Both the position numbers and the translations under genes were made by a program. This document shows, one piece after another, positions 1-14,000 of a stretch of DNA of 54,929 nucleotides (its first letter is position 1; each line of letters begins with the position of its first letter). The notes beneath the pieces were generated by a model, which did no database searches, was not told the origin of the DNA, and saw only the letters and a program-made list of their open reading frames with translations. Source of the stretch: Welwitschia mirabilis (lineage: Eukaryota); NCBI GenBank assembly GCA_051453625.1, contig JBOZIK010000001.1:23000647-23055575 (forward strand), written 5' to 3'.

Positions 1-1899
1 AATTACTGGTCTTTATAGGCAGAATAAACAAAATGAGATGGCAACATTAGAAGCGAGCTCAAATAACAGGCGTTTGAATCTTCAGTTCTTTTATGAAATG
101 AGGTGAAATAAATAAAATTTGCTCAGAACACCTTTAGCTCTTTTGTAAAATGAAGAGTAGTAGATGCCTTTAGTATATCATCCAAAAAAACCTTAGGACT
201 GTGCCTATATTCATGAGATATGAAGCTTCATTCCTAAAACCTTAATGCCTTCTCCCCCTTAAACATAATGCTCATGCGTCATTTTCATAGCATTGCCTCT
301 AGTCTTTTTGTTGAATGCATTTTCAAGAGTGAACAGAAGATGCTTGAATGTTGATAAAATTGCTATAGACTTAAACAAGGGGCAATTAAATCTTCATGAA
401 ATTACTAGGCTTTGTAAGTGAAATAAACAAAATGAGACAGTAATAATAGAAGTAGGCTTAAAAAATGGGCGTTTGAATCCTAACAAAATTGCAGTAGAAG
501 TAGTCTCGAACAATAGGCATTCTACAAATAGAGTAAATCAAACAAGGCAAGAGCAAAGCATTCAAGCATAAGATTTAATGAGAGCTTAAGTGCCATGAAA
601 TTTCTAGATTCTACAAGCTAAATAAACCAAAACAATGGGAGTGGATCATCCTTGCATTAGGATTTTCATTAGTCATGACTATGCCCATGAAAGTCATGAT
701 CATCCATGGATAAAAGGAGATAGGTCATGCCATGTAGAAAGGATGTGGTAATGAAAATCGCTTCAAACCACTTAATTCATGACTTCAACACGCTTGACCT
801 GTGGCTCCATTAATAGGAGATAGCCATAGGTTTAAACAAGCTCCTCAAGAAACTGCATTAATTCAAAAGCCTAAGAATAGATCTACTTATAATCAAACCA
901 TAAAAAAGGAGAAAAGATTCTAGTGAATGACATTTGGTGAAAAAGAAAGAGTATTTTCTAGCTATTCATATAGCTGACTAGATAGTTAGATCGGATAGCA
1001 AATCTTTATAGACTTGCAGTAAGAATCCTTAATGCTCTTTGCACTGGCATTTTTTGAAACTTCTAAATAATTATACAACATCTGTCTTTCATGCATCAGT
1101 GTTATTAAAAGCTTAATCCTAGCCTTAAACCTTTTCACTCTGTGCTGTATCTAAATTTCCAGTGATTACAAGCCTTATAGGATAAGATATCCTTCCAAAC
1201 AGTTTTAGCACTTGATTCTTGATAAGAATAACCTTTATGGTAAAATACCACAGGAGATTGAAAAGATTACAGAGTTGCTTTGATTAAGCCTTAATAAGAA
1301 TAATGTAAAGGATAGCATTTCAACTATGTTTGATTAGAGAAAGTTAAGCACTTGATATGGCTGTTTTGGATCTTCTTTATGTTCTCTCTTTAATTCAACA
1401 CTGTCCACCTTTATTTTACATTTGAATTGATATGGCCAAATGCATCAAAAATTCTACTCATTTTATTATAAATGAATTTTCCATTCTAATTGTTCATATG
1501 ATTATTCAAATATAATGGATACTTTTCTATGTTATAGCTCAGATTCGACATCTGCAATTCAGTGTATAGAGATGGATTCAAGCCATATGGAGGATTATTA
1601 TTAGGATCTGATAGTATAGGAAGAGAAATTTCTTAAATAAAAACTAGTAAAAATTCATTTGTGTATTATTTCCAAATCAAATAAGATGCTTTCTGCAATG
1701 AACGGATCCGTGCAGAACAACACAAAAAGCCTTTAACCTAAATGAAAGGCTAGCATTCACACTCCAATCGCCATAATAAAACATTACTAAACTTTACATA
1801 CTATGCAAATGCTAGAGCAATTACAACAATTTAGACTTCATGAAATGAAACCCTCACTTTGTTAACCGATAATTGAATTATTGACATATTATTATCTTA

Positions 1900-3277
1900 T
1901 TTCTTGTTTTGTAATTAATGGGGATTAGGATTAAAATAAGAAGTGAATAAAAACCCTTTTCACTGCTCATCTAACTACTTTCATTGATCTACAATATCAC
2001 AAACCATAGTAAGAATTAAATTCCATTATAATTCATGGATTGAATCCCTAACTTCAAATCTTATTTAAAGCCCTTATAGCTTCAAATCTTTACAAGTCAC
2101 TTCCAAGGAAGATTTAACAATTACCAACATACCCTCAAAATCAAAGCCTTAATACTTAGAAGGACAAAAAAGCAAATTCTTTGACTATTAATTAAAAAGG
2201 TAATTTCGATTCCATGAGAGTAACAAGAAGTTCGATTTGTAATTATTGTTCTCATCATCCAAAAAATTTTTGCAAAAGTTGTATTGCCCTTCTGAAAGCT
2301 TATGTCTCTAAACTCATCTCAGGTACCATGAATTTTGACAATTAATTCTTAATGTTCATAAACTTACATAATTATTACTTAGAAAACTAAAAAGTAAGGC
2401 TTTTGATTCCCTTCTCATGCAAATTAGAAATAACCTCAGATTTCAAAATGTAAATTGCGAAAACTAATGCACTTGTTCTTGAACCCTTGTAACTGATGAT
2501 ACAAAGTAAGGTAGCTCAAATCATCAAGTAGTATGCAAAAAGAAGCTTAATGGAAATAGATACTCAAAAAGGGTAAAAGACAGTAAGGACCTCTAATGTT
2601 TTATTTTTATTTTTTTGACCTAAAATAGGATAAAATTGCGTAATCTCATGCTATGCATTTTAACAACATTCCTCTTCATAAAAATAATAAATTCCATTTC
2701 TAGCTTGAGATTGTAACACTTTTGATGAGCTAGGAAAAACTACAGTGATCTATCACAGCTTTTATTTTTACAAGAATCAAAAGCATGATAAAGATCATGA
2801 GCAAGACTATCCAAAGCCTTTAAAGTAAGAATGATATCACTAAAATATGAACACTTGTGAGTTCAGTTGGAGGAAAATACAAGTGGTATTCTTGAGAGCA
2901 CTTTAGTTAAGATTAGGAAAGGCAAATCCCCTAAGGGTTTTGGTTAAATCCCTAACCTATTTTTCAAGTTTCAGAAATAAGGTGCTTCTTCACTTAAAAG
3001 ACCATCATCTTCTTCTAAGAGAATGAAACAAAGTTTTCGTAGAAATATTTTAGTCAAATATGAATGCTATCATTCAATGCTTGCAAAAGTTTGAAGAAAA
3101 TGTGAACTAGAAGATCAAATTTAGAAGCTCATTACAAATTATTAAAACTTTATTTCCACTCTGAAGGATTATTATTTTAATAAAGGATTTAGGCATATAT
3201 CCTACTGTTTCACATATAACACATTCTACTTTAATGTAATTCATATATCTTATTCTAAATAGCAAAAAAAAAAAAAA
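1900..3277 (+). mobile_element. Possible highly decayed LINE (L1-like ORF2) remnant
   Basis: Broken motifs resembling L1 ORF2: 'ELGKTTVIYH' (~2727; cf. GDxNTxFFH) and 'LVKIRKGKSPKGFG*IPNLFFK' (~2902-2968; cf. KSPGPDGF...FF). An A-run at ~3264-3277 abuts the Tekay stub. No intact ORF. Confidence 0.25.
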
Positions 3278-3432
3278 GACCTAACATCATTAGAAGGGGG
3301 TATTAGGTCTTTTCTAGGAAGCATCTATAAAAACTTTTAGTTATCTTATTCAACTAATACTACAACCTACACTCTGGTGTTGAAAATGTATAATGGTTTC
3401 ATATTAATTATTCCCAGTGAAATTGTAACCTA

Positions 3433-3445
3433 GGCTTTGATACCA
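3433..3445 (-). promoter_or_regulatory. Primer binding site (tRNA-iMet type)
   Basis: + strand GGCTTTGATACCA is the reverse complement of TGGTATCAAAGCC and lies 3 nt from an LTR-type terminus. Confidence 0.7.
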
Positions 3446-4393
3446 AAATGTAAACATCCTAAAATCCACAACTCAAAGCTTGAACTTTCACAAACACTTT
3501 TATTAAATATATAAATCAACATTCTTTAAATGAATATATATGCATACAAAAATACATTCTTAGGTAATTTTTGAAGGTAAAGAAGATAAATGAGTTACAT
3601 AATATCTAAACACAAAAGAAAATAAATATTTTTTTATTTATAAGATAACACAAGTATCATATTGACATCATATCTTAAAACTCAACCATAAAATATAATA
3701 TATTACAAATTACAAGGATGAACAAATCACTTCATTTTAATAATTTCTTATGTACACACTGAAAAAATCAACATTTTCAAATTCCCTTCTTGGAAAGACA
3801 AAATCATCTTTTTATGTAATTCATTCAACCACTTGTTAAACATAAATAACATGATGCGAGAACTATAATCTTCATAGTTCCTAGTATGGTTCATGGCAAG
3901 GTTTTAGATAAGGGGTTTTCCAAGCTTAAGAAAGAATCCTCTAGAAAATCGAATGTAACCAAGACCTCATACTAGATGCAATAATCCCAAAACACATCTT
4001 CAAGTCTTAATACTTAAAGAATATACAGTGATAGAATGCCATGTCAGAAGGGTATCAAAAATACCCACTTGTCTAGAGGTTCATTCTTATGGCCAATAGA
4101 ATCCCTTTAAATGGGATAATTTCTCTAAAGCCACATGTCATGCACAACTAGACAGATCACAAACATCACCCTAATTACTTTGAGAACTTATCCCATGACC
4201 AATGGGAGCCCTTTAGATGTCCCAGCCCCTAAAGGGGCATATTTTGGATTACTTGGCAAGTTTTAGACATAGAATGACAAAGATATTACATGCATAAAGA
4301 GAAAAACTCTCAAGATCAAGCAAGAAACATCTATAATACATGTAAAAGATGTAAAAATTAAGTGAAACATGCAAGAAATAAATGAAAGTCTAT

Positions 4394-4620
4394 AAATCAT
4401 ACAAGAAAAGAATCGAAGAATCATAAACCATATAAGAAAAGAATTAAAGAATCATAAGCCATATAAGAAAGGATTCAAAGAATCAAAAACCATATAAGAA
4501 AGGATTTAAAGAATTAAATACCATACAAGAAAAGAATGAAGATCATAAAACCATATAATAATGAAATAAAAATATAAAACCATTCAAGAATGAAATGAAA
4601 AAAACATAAAAATCATACTT
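4394..4620. repeat. ~31-bp minisatellite, about 7 diverged copies
   Basis: Tandem units such as AAACCATATAAGAAAAGAATTAAAGAATCAT, AAGCCATATAAGAAAGGATTCAAAGAATCAA and AAACCATATAAGAAAGGATTTAAAGAATTAA. Confidence 0.8.
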
Positions 4621-5809
4621 GAATTAAAAAAAAAGATTTGAGAACACCCAAAGATTCTAAGACTCAAAGGTCCAAAGGCTTATCCAAACTTTAAAGTTTG
4701 GTAACAAAGGCTTCTTTAAAAATGAAAGTAAGGGGAAAGGGGAAGAGGGTCTTATTTATAACTGAGGTTTGGTAGAATATAAAGGGTTAATAAAATATGA
4801 AGATAAAACATCATAAAGGAGGATGGTTAAGATGGGAAATGTTGATAGAGATTTGATAAGCATTCTTATTCCATTACTTGTTAAGATACTAGTGCATCAA
4901 TATCATAACATTAAATAGCGATGCTCATCTTATAATTATTAAAATAATGAGTAATTTTTAAAAACCATATTTAAAATATTTTTTACATATAACTACAATG
5001 ATTACNNNNNNNNNNNNNNNNNNNNNNNNNNNNNNNNNNNNNNNNNNNNNNNNNNNNNNNNNNNNNNNNNNNNNNNNNNNNNNNNNNNNNNNNNNNNNNN
5101 NNNNNNNNNNNNNNNNNNNNNNNNNNNNNNNNNNNNNNNNNNNNNNNNNNNNNNNNNNNNNNNNNNNNNNNNNNNNNNNNNNNNNNNNNNNNNNNNNNNN
5201 NNNNNNNNNNNNNNNNNNNNNNNNNNNNNNNNNNNNNNNNNNNNNNNNNNNNNNNNNNNNNNNNNNNNNNNNNNNNNNNNNNNNNNNNNNNNNNNNNNNN
5301 NNNNNNNNNNNNNNNNNNNNNNNNNNNNNNNNNNNNNNNNNNNNNNNNNNNNNNNNNNNNNNNNNNNNNNNNNNNNNNNNNNNNNNNNNNNNNNNNNNNN
5401 NNNNNNNNNNNNNNNNNNNNNNNNNNNNNNNNNNNNNNNNNNNNNNNNNNNNNNNNNNNNNNNNNNNNNNNNNNNNNNNNNNNNNNNNNNNNNNNNNNNN
5501 NNNNNNNNNNNNNNNNNNNNNNNNNNNNNNNNNNNNNNNNNNNNNNNNNNNNNNNNNNNNNNNNNNNNNNNNNNNNNNNNNNNNNNNNNNNNNNNNNNNN
5601 NNNNNNNNNNNNNNNNNNNNNNNNNNNNNNNNNNNNNNNNNNNNNNNNNNNNNNNNNNNNNNNNNNNNNNNNNNNNNNNNNNNNNNNNNNNNNNNNNNNN
5701 NNNNNNNNNNNNNNNNNNNNNNNNNNNNNNNNNNNNNNNNNNNNNNNNNNNNNNNNNNNNNNNNNNNNNNNNNNNNNNNNNNNNNNNNNNNNNNNNNNNN
5801 NNNNNNNNA

Positions 5810-8800
5810 CGAGATTTTCTTTTATGGTGCTTGTGCCTCTTTTATAAAATGTGCCTAATACAGTAGAGCATGACGACTTCGATGTGATTAATAAATAATA
5901 GGATGAGATGGAAGACACCTGTCAAGAGCTATACTGAGAATGTGAAAAGCTAGCTAAAAGGATAAATGATCTCTAAACAAGATTGTAAAATCTGTCACCA
6001 AGGAAAAGGAGGCAATAGAATTAAGTTTCAAAAGAATCAAATCAGAAAACTTCAACTTCACTCTATAGGTAAAAGAATTATCTCATTTTCTTAAGAAACT
6101 TTTTGGTAGATCTTCCAAATTGGAACAGATGCTTAGAGTTTAGAAACATCTTGGTAACAAGTCCAGTATTGGGTTCATCTTTCAAAAATCTCAAAGGAAG
6201 CAAAATCAAATAACTTGGAATAGTAAGTTCTTCTCATAAGTTACTTGTTATTTCTATGTAAAAATTGGTCATTCAAAACTTTTGTGCAATGCAAGAAAAT
6301 TAATATTATTTTAAAACTTAGTTAGCACTTTTCCTTTTAAATTTATTCCTAAAGGAGGTGTACCATGTAAGTCTAAAAAGACTATGTGGGTGAAAGATAA
6401 TGATCTTAAAAGTCTTTTAGATAGCTTTCAAGGTTTTAAATAGCACTAGGTACTATTTAGATAGTGAGTGTTCAAGACATACAACAAGAGACAAATCTAG
6501 ATTCAAGAAACTAAGCAACTTTGATGGAGAAGATGTGACTTTCCATGATAATGGGAGAGAAAAAATAGAAGGCATTGAAAGCATTAGTGGAGATAACCTT
6601 CTTAGATTTAATGAAGTTTTATATGTAAATGTTTTAAAGCATAATTTATTAAGCATCAGTCAAATTTATGACAAAGGTCACAAGNNNNNNNNNNNNNNNN
6701 NNNNNNNNNNNNNNNNNNNNNNNNNNNNNNNNNNNNNNNNNNNNNNNNNNNNNNNNNNNNNNNNNNNNNNNNNNNNNNNNNNNNNNNNNNNNNNNNNNNN
6801 NNNNNNNNNNNNNNNNNNNNNNNNNNNNNNNNNNNNAGATAAATGTAGAAAAACAAGGATTATGTGATGTATGTCAAAAGGAAAAACAAATTAAGACTTC
6901 ACATAAAAATAAAAACCAAACTTCCACATCTATGCCATTAGAGCTTATTCATATGGATCTAATAGGCCCCACTCAAACTCAAAGTCAAAGTAAAAAACAT
7001 TATTTTCTCACTATGGTTGATGATTTCTCTAGATATACTTGGGTAGCCTTCTCGTCAAACAAGTCTGAAGCTTACAAACATTGGGTTAAGATATGAAAAA
7101 TGATTCAAAACGAAAAGGGATATACCATAAAGAAAATAAAAAGTAATCATGGTGGTGAATTTAAAAATTATTTTTTTGAGAAATATTACATTAAAAACAA
7201 CCCTAAAAACACCATGACAAAATGGTATAACTGAAAGAAAGAAAAGAGTCCTTCAAGAATTGGCACGTACTATGCTAAACGATAAACAGGTTCTTAAATC
7301 TTTTTAGGCTAAGGTAGTTAGCACATAATGCTACATTATTAACAGAGTATATCTTAGGCTTAGTACAGATAAAATGCCATATGAGTTATGGAAAGAAAAA
7401 CACCCTAATGTGTCATATTTTAAAGTCTTTGGTAGTAAATGCTATGTTCTGAAAGACAGAGAGCACTTGAGCAAATTTGAGTCTAAAGAAAATGAAGCTA
7501 TCTTTTTAGATTACTCAACTAGAGGTAGAGCCTATTGTGTTTTTAATAAGAGAAGTTTAACAGCAGAAGAGTCAATAAACATGAAAATTGATAAGATTGA
7601 CACAAGATCAAATTGCATAGATGAATAGAAAGTCATAACTACAAATATTCCCATAACCAATGAAGGTTCTACTAAAAGTAATAAAGTTCTAGTAAAAGAA
7701 GGTACACTTAAAAAGCTTAGATTACTTAAATATCATCCTTTAGAATCTATTATTGGATAAGTTAATTTAAAAAAAAGACAAAAGGGTCTAAGAAAAATTT
7801 GTATGCTCATGTTTATTATATTTTGAAAATAGAACCCAAAAATTTTGAAAAAGGTAAAATTCATGAGGAATGGATGATGGCAATTCAAGATGAGTTACAA
7901 CAGTGCAAAAAAAAATGAAGTTTGGAAGCTAATAGAAAGGCAAAAAGACAAAAAAAATATCATTAAATCTAAGTGGATTTTTAAAAAGAAATGTGATAAA
8001 GAAAACAATGTCATTTAAAATAAGGCAAGACTAGTAGCACGAGGCTATGATCAAATAAAAGGCATTGATGTAGGTAATACTTTTACTCCTATTGCAAGGC
8101 TAAATAGCATTAGAATGTTTTTGTCTNNNNNNNNNNNNNNNNNNNNNNNNNNNNNNNNNNNNNNNNNNNNNNNNNNNNNNNNNNNNNNNNNNNNNNNNNN
8201 NNNNNNNNNNNNNNNNNNNNNNNNNNNNNNNNNNNNNNNNNNNNNNNNNNNNNNNNNNNNNNNNNNNNNNNNNNNNNNNNNNNNNNNNNNNNNNNNNNNN
8301 NNNNNNNNNNNNNNNNNNNNNNNNNNNNNNNNNNNNNNNNNNNNNNNNNNNNNNNNNNNNNNNNNNNNNNNNNNNNNNNNNNNNNNNNNNNNNNNNNNNN
8401 NNNNNNNNNNNNNNNNNNNNNNNNNNNNNNNNNNNNNNNNNNNNNNNNNNNNNNNNNNNNNNNNNNNNNNNNNNNNNNNNNNNNNNNNNNNNNNNNNNNN
8501 NNNNNNNNNNNNNNNNNNNNNNNNNNNNNNNNNNNNNNNNNNNNNNNNNNNNNNNNNNNNNNNNNNNNNNNNNNNNNNNNNNNNNNNNNNNNNNNNNNNN
8601 NNNNNNNNNNNNNNNNNNNNNNNNNNNNNNNNNNNNNNNNNNNNNNNNNNNNNNNNNNNNNNNNNNNNNNNNNNNNNNNNNNNNNNNNNNNNNNNNNNNN
8701 NNNNNNNNNNNNNNNNNNNNNNNNNNNNNNNNNNNNNNNNNNNNNNNNNNNNNNNNNNNNNNNNNNNNNNNNNNNNNNNNNNNNNNNNNNNNNNNNNNNN

Positions 8801-10063
8801 NNNNNNNNNNNNNNNNNNNNNNNNNNNNNNNNNNNNNNNNNNNNNNNNNNNNNNNNNNNNNNNNNNNNNNNNNNNNNNNNNNNNNNNNNNNNNNNAAGAG
8901 ATCTATGTAGAGCAACCACAAGGTTTTATTGATCCTCATAAAATTGATCATGTGTATAGACTAAATAAAGCTTTGTCTAGATTAAAATAAGCTCTAAGAG
9001 CTTAGTATGATAAGCTAGCCACCTTTTTAAATGAAAATGGATATATTCATGGAATTATAGATAAAACCTTATTTGTAAATAACTTGAAAAAGTATTTTAT
9101 TATTATATAGATTTATGTAGATGATATTATTTTTAGTACCTCAAATGAAAATTTATTAAAATAATTTGCAACTATTATGACAAATCATTTTGAAATGAGC
9201 ATGATTAATGAACTAAAAATATTTCTTGGAATACAAATTGAGCATTCTAAAGATGGGATATTTATTTCTAAATCCAAATATGCAAGAGATTTAATCCAAT
9301 GATTTAGATTAGAAAATGCAAAAACAACTAATACTCTTATGTCTACATCATGTAAAGTAAGCTTGGATGAAAATGGTAATCTAGTAGATCAAAAACTTTA
9401 CAGGAGTATGGTTCTAGTTTATTATATTTGACCATAAGTAGACCAGATATTATGTTTAGTATTAGAGTTTGTTCAAGATATCAATCCCAACTAAAAGAAT
9501 CACATCTACAAGTAGTAAAACAAATAATCAGGTATGTAAAAGGCACAGGTGATTATGGCTTATGGTATCCTACTGAGACGTCTTTCAAACTTGCAGGTTT
9601 TAGTGATGTGGATTGAGCTAGTTGCAAAGACGATAGAAAGAGTACAAGTGGAAATTTCTTTCTACTAGGTTCATGTTTAGTAGGATGGATAAGTAAGAAA
9701 CAAAACTCCATTTCTCTATCTATAGCAAAAGCAGAATGTATTATAGCAGGTAGTTGTTGCACTCATTTTTTATGGGTGAAATAAATGCTAAAGGATTTCA
9801 GTGTTAATTTTGAACAAGTCCCTATTTTCTGTGATAACACGAGAACTATAAACATATCCAAGAATCCTATTCATCACTTAAGAATCAAACATATTGAGCT
9901 AATAAATCATTTTTTATAAGACTAAGTTGAAAAAGAACATATCCCTATGAACTTTATGAGTATAGACTAATAACTAGCAGATATTTTTATTAAACTCCAA
10001 AATTTTGATACTTTTCTTCATCTCAAAAATAAACTAGGGATTATTTCATTGTCCTATGACTAA
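5810..10063 (+). pseudogene. Degenerate Ty1/copia (SIRE/Maximus-like) gag-pol polyprotein
   Basis: Domains appear in copia order: zinc-knuckle remnant (~6246, CYFYVKIGHSKLLC); protease (YYLDSECSRH, ~6451); integrase (CDVCQKEKQ...LELIHMDLIGP...VDDFSRYTWV, 6860-7050; PYELWKEKHPNVSYFKVFGSKCYVL, 7374); RT (EIYVEQPQGF at 8898, IYVDDIIF at ~9111); RNaseH region (SRPDIMFS...GLWYP, CDN, KHIE, LADIF). Many stops and frameshifts; two N gaps. Confidence 0.92.
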
Positions 10064-10905
10064 TTGTAAGATATTTAACTGGATCCTTGATTCAGTAGAT
10101 ATATGTGATCAAGTAACTAGATTAAAAACCCAGTCATCCAGACCCTTTCTATTCTGTAGGTCCTTCAGTGAAAGCTGACAGTGCAGAATGAAAGTTTTAT
10201 TTTCTATTTTTTGTTTTCATCTTTTCATTATGATTATTTATTTATGATTTACTTATAAAATTTTATTTTCTTCTTTGTAATTAATTTTAAAAGGGAGAGA
10301 ATTAGTTGTTTGTTGTTGGTTGTTTGCTTATGCTTTTAGATGTAGCATGCTTTTAATGAGCACTTTTATTTTGTAATGTTTGCATATATTTAATGGAATC
10401 AACATGCACTTCATTTTTATCCTCTAAATTGTTCTCATTTGGTATCTCAAATCCTTTTATAATTGTGTAAATCCTATGTGATTAACATGTTTTTCTAATG
10501 ATAAATTTGAATGTTGCAAATAGTTACTTCTTANNNNNNNNNNATTTAAATATTGATATCTAATATTGGAAATAAACTCTAAAATGTGTCAACTGATCAA
10601 TATGTTAAATGGTTTATATGATCACATTATGCTTTTCATAAAATTCGTGTTCTTAATCCTTAAAATATGCATCTTAAAAAGGTTTTATTTTAAGCATAAA
10701 ATTTAATTATTCAAAATGTCTTAACTTGTCTTTAAAAGATGTAATATTTTGTAAAATAATAATAGCATTTTCTGAGGTTTTCCATCAATGTCAAAGGGGA
10801 ATATTGTTAGATTACATTTTATTAGTTAATATCAAAGTAATGTCTTTTGTATAGAAAATTTTGTATATCTTGTGTAGAAAATGTTAATCACTTACATGTC
10901 TAAAN
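5810..10905 (+). mobile_element. SIRE-type Ty1/copia element, copy 1 (internal region, PPTs, start of 3' LTR)
   Basis: pol as above. Upstream PPT AAAAGGGAGAGAA at ~10289. Terminal CAAAGGGGAATAT|TGTTAG junction at 10792-10810 (cf. Sirevirus AAAGGGGGAGATTGTT), placing the LTR start at 10805. Confidence 0.8.
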
Positions 10906-11004
10906 NNNNNNNNNNNNNNNNNNNNNNNNNNNNNNNNNNNNNNNNNNNNNNNNNNNNNNNNNNNNNNNNNNNNNNNNNNNNNNNNNNNNNNNNNNNNNNN
11001 NNNN

Positions 11005-14000
11005 ATAAATTCTAAAGGATTTTAGTGTTAATTTTGAACAAGTCCCTATTTTCTGTGATAATGCTAGTGTTATAAACATATCGAAAAATCATGTCCAGTA
11101 CTCAAGAACAAAACATATTGAGCTAATACATCATCTCCTATGAGACCAAGTCAAAAAAGAACACATCTCTATGAACTTTGTAAGTACAGACCAATAACTA
11201 ATAGATATTTTTACTAAACCATTAAATTTCTATACCTTTATTCATCTCAGAAATGAACTGGGGGTTATCTCGTTGTCCTATGGGTGATTATAGGATAGTT
11301 GACTGGATTCTTAATTCAGTCAATTGGATGTGGTCGATTAACTAGATTAAAAACTCGATCGCCTGGATCCTCTCAGTTCTGTAAAGTGTTTCAATGAAAG
11401 CTCACAATGTAGAACAGAAGTTTTTCTTTTGTCTTCTTTGTTTTCATCTTTTCATTTTGATTATTTATTTATGATTCACTTATGAAATTTTATTCTTTCC
11501 TTTGTCATTGATGTTAAAAAGGGAGAGAATTAGTTGTTTATATTCTAAATTATCCTCAATTGGTATCTCAAATATTTTTATGATTGTGTAAATCATATGT
11601 TCTTAACATGATTTTCCTATGATAAATTTTGATGTTTCAAATGGCTATTCCATAAATGTGAATGTTGATGTTTAATATTGGAAATGAACTCTAAAATGTA
11701 TCAATGATCAATATGTTAAATGATTTATATGATTACATTATGCTTTTTATAAAATTTGTGTTCTTAACCCTTTAAATGTGCATCTTAAAATTGTTTGATT
11801 TTAAGCACAAAATTTGATTATACAAAATGTGTTAACTTAGCTTCAAAAGATGTAATACTTTGTAAAATAATAATAGGCATTTTGTGAGGGGGAGTTTTTC
11901 TAATTCCTAAATATTTTCATAACTAAGTATTATTTTGCTATTTAATGTCAAACTAATGTTTTCTATGTAGCAAATTTTGTGTATCTTATGAAAAAGATGT
12001 TAATCACTTACAGGTTTAAAGATGCCATTAAATTATGAGCACTAGAAACTTATCAAGTTCATTTATCCTTTTGAGGAGTGTACTAGACTTTTAAGGGGTT
12101 AACCGCACCTGAAGAAGACATTCAAGAATTGAAATGAATTCAGAGGGGTCGACTGGATTTTTGATGGGATCGACTGAACCTGTAACCTCAAGAGCCAGTA
12201 TCCCTGAAAAGAATGTAAAAGGATCGACCACACATTTATGGGGTCAACTTGATTTAAGGACCTGATAATAGTACTCTTGAACTGATATTAAGAGGTTAAC
12301 CGAATACCTTAAGGAGTCGATTAGACCTAATGCAAGANNNNNNNNNNATTAAAAAGATCTTTATCAAGATAAGCGGGTGACCAGATTTAATGGTAGGAGA
12401 TCGGATTGGGGTTGATCGGACCTAGATGGAGTCGACTGGACATGGAGATGTAAGAAATTGGGATGACTAAAAACTTCGCTCGGGTAACCTATGTAAGTCA
12501 CAATACCAGATGGAGTAAATGAAACTAAAATTTTCTATCCATTTTGTATCCGTTATGTATTCGTTAGATAGTCATTTTCAAGATATTTATAGCCATTGTA
12601 AGCATATTTTCAAAAGTAACAAACCCTAAAAACCTTTCAATATAAATAGCCAAAGAATAGATGATAATATAATCTTTTTGAACTCATGAAAAAGTACTAA
12701 AATCTTGTAATATTCACTATTGAGTCTTGGCATTTATACTTCTGACCAAGGAAGATTTATTGTCTATATTATCTTTACATTCAAGATCAGATCTAGTGCT
12801 TCATCTATTGTACATCTACAGAAGAAAAGCTCCATTAAATCTATTGTATCAAGAATGAGTAATACTTGTGAATCAAGGCATNNNNNNNNNNNNNNNNNNN
12901 NNNNNNNNNNNNNNNNNNNNNNNNNNNNNNNNNNNNNNNNNNNNNNNNNNNNNNNNNNNNNNNNNNNNNNNNNNNNNNNNNNNNNNNNNNNNNNNNNNNN
13001 NNNNNNNNNNNNNNNNNNNNNNNNNNNNNNNNNNNNNNNNNNNNNNNNNNNNNNNNNNNNNNNNNNNNNNNNNNNNNNNNNNNNNNNNNNNNNNNNNNNN
13101 NNNNNNNNNNNNNNNNNNNNNNNNNNNNNNNNNNNNNNNNNNNNNNNNNNNNNNNNNNNNNNNNNNNNNNNNNNNNNNNNNNNNNNNNNNNNNNNNNNNN
13201 NNNNNNNNNNNNNNNNNNNNNNNNNNNNNNNNNNNNNNNNNNNNNNNNNNNNNNNNNNNNNNNNNNNNNNNNNNNNNNNNNNNNNNNNNNNNNNNNNNNN
13301 NNNNNNNNNNNNNNNNNNNNNNNNNNNNNNNNNNNNNNNNNNNNNNNNNNNNNNNNNNNNNNNNNNNNNNNNNNNNNNNNNNNNNNNNNNNNNNNNNNNN
13401 NNNNNNNNNNNNNNNNNNNNNNNNNNNNNNNNNNNNNNNNNNNNNNNNNNNNNNNNNNNNNNNNNNNNNNNNNNNNNNNNNNNNNNNNNNNNNNNNNNNN
13501 NNNNNNNNNNNNNNNNNNNNNNNNNNNNNNNNNNNNNNNNNNNNNNNNNNNNNNNNNNNNNNNNNNNNNNNNNNNNNNNNNNNNNNNNNNNNNNNNNNNN
13601 NNNNNNNNNNNNNNNNNNNNNNNNNNNNNNNNNNNNNNNNNNNNNNNTTTTTATCATCACCACTACATCCTCTAAAGGTTAAGACTGAGCCCGTAAAAGT
13701 TCATTTGTAAAGATTACAAATGAATCTGCAAATACCTAGAAGAGTTAACAAAGATTCAGATCAAGCTTGAGGATAAGCTAATCATCGAGAGTGGAGTAAG
13801 GAATTTTCCTGAACCACTATAAAACCCTATGTGCATATCTATTTGGTATTTTATGCTTTCTGTCAGTTTGATTACTTTGAATACATNNNNNNNNNNNNNN
13901 NNNNNNNNNNNNNNNNNNNNNNNNNNNNNNNNNNNNNNNNNNNNNNNNNNNNNNNNNNNNNNNNNNNNNNNNNNNNNNNNNNNNNNNNNNNNNNNTCCCC

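Larger units (their letters stand above)
3278..5005 (-). mobile_element. Ty3/gypsy Tekay/Del-like 5' LTR, PBS and gag start (truncated)
   Basis: The minus strand reads ...GGATGTTTACA (LTR end at 3449)-TTT-TGGTATCAAAGCCTAGG (tRNA-iMet PBS), then ATGCTTCCTAGA (MLPR; cf. Tekay gag start MPPR) at 3324. The far LTR end is not located and may lie in the gap after 5005. Confidence 0.6.
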
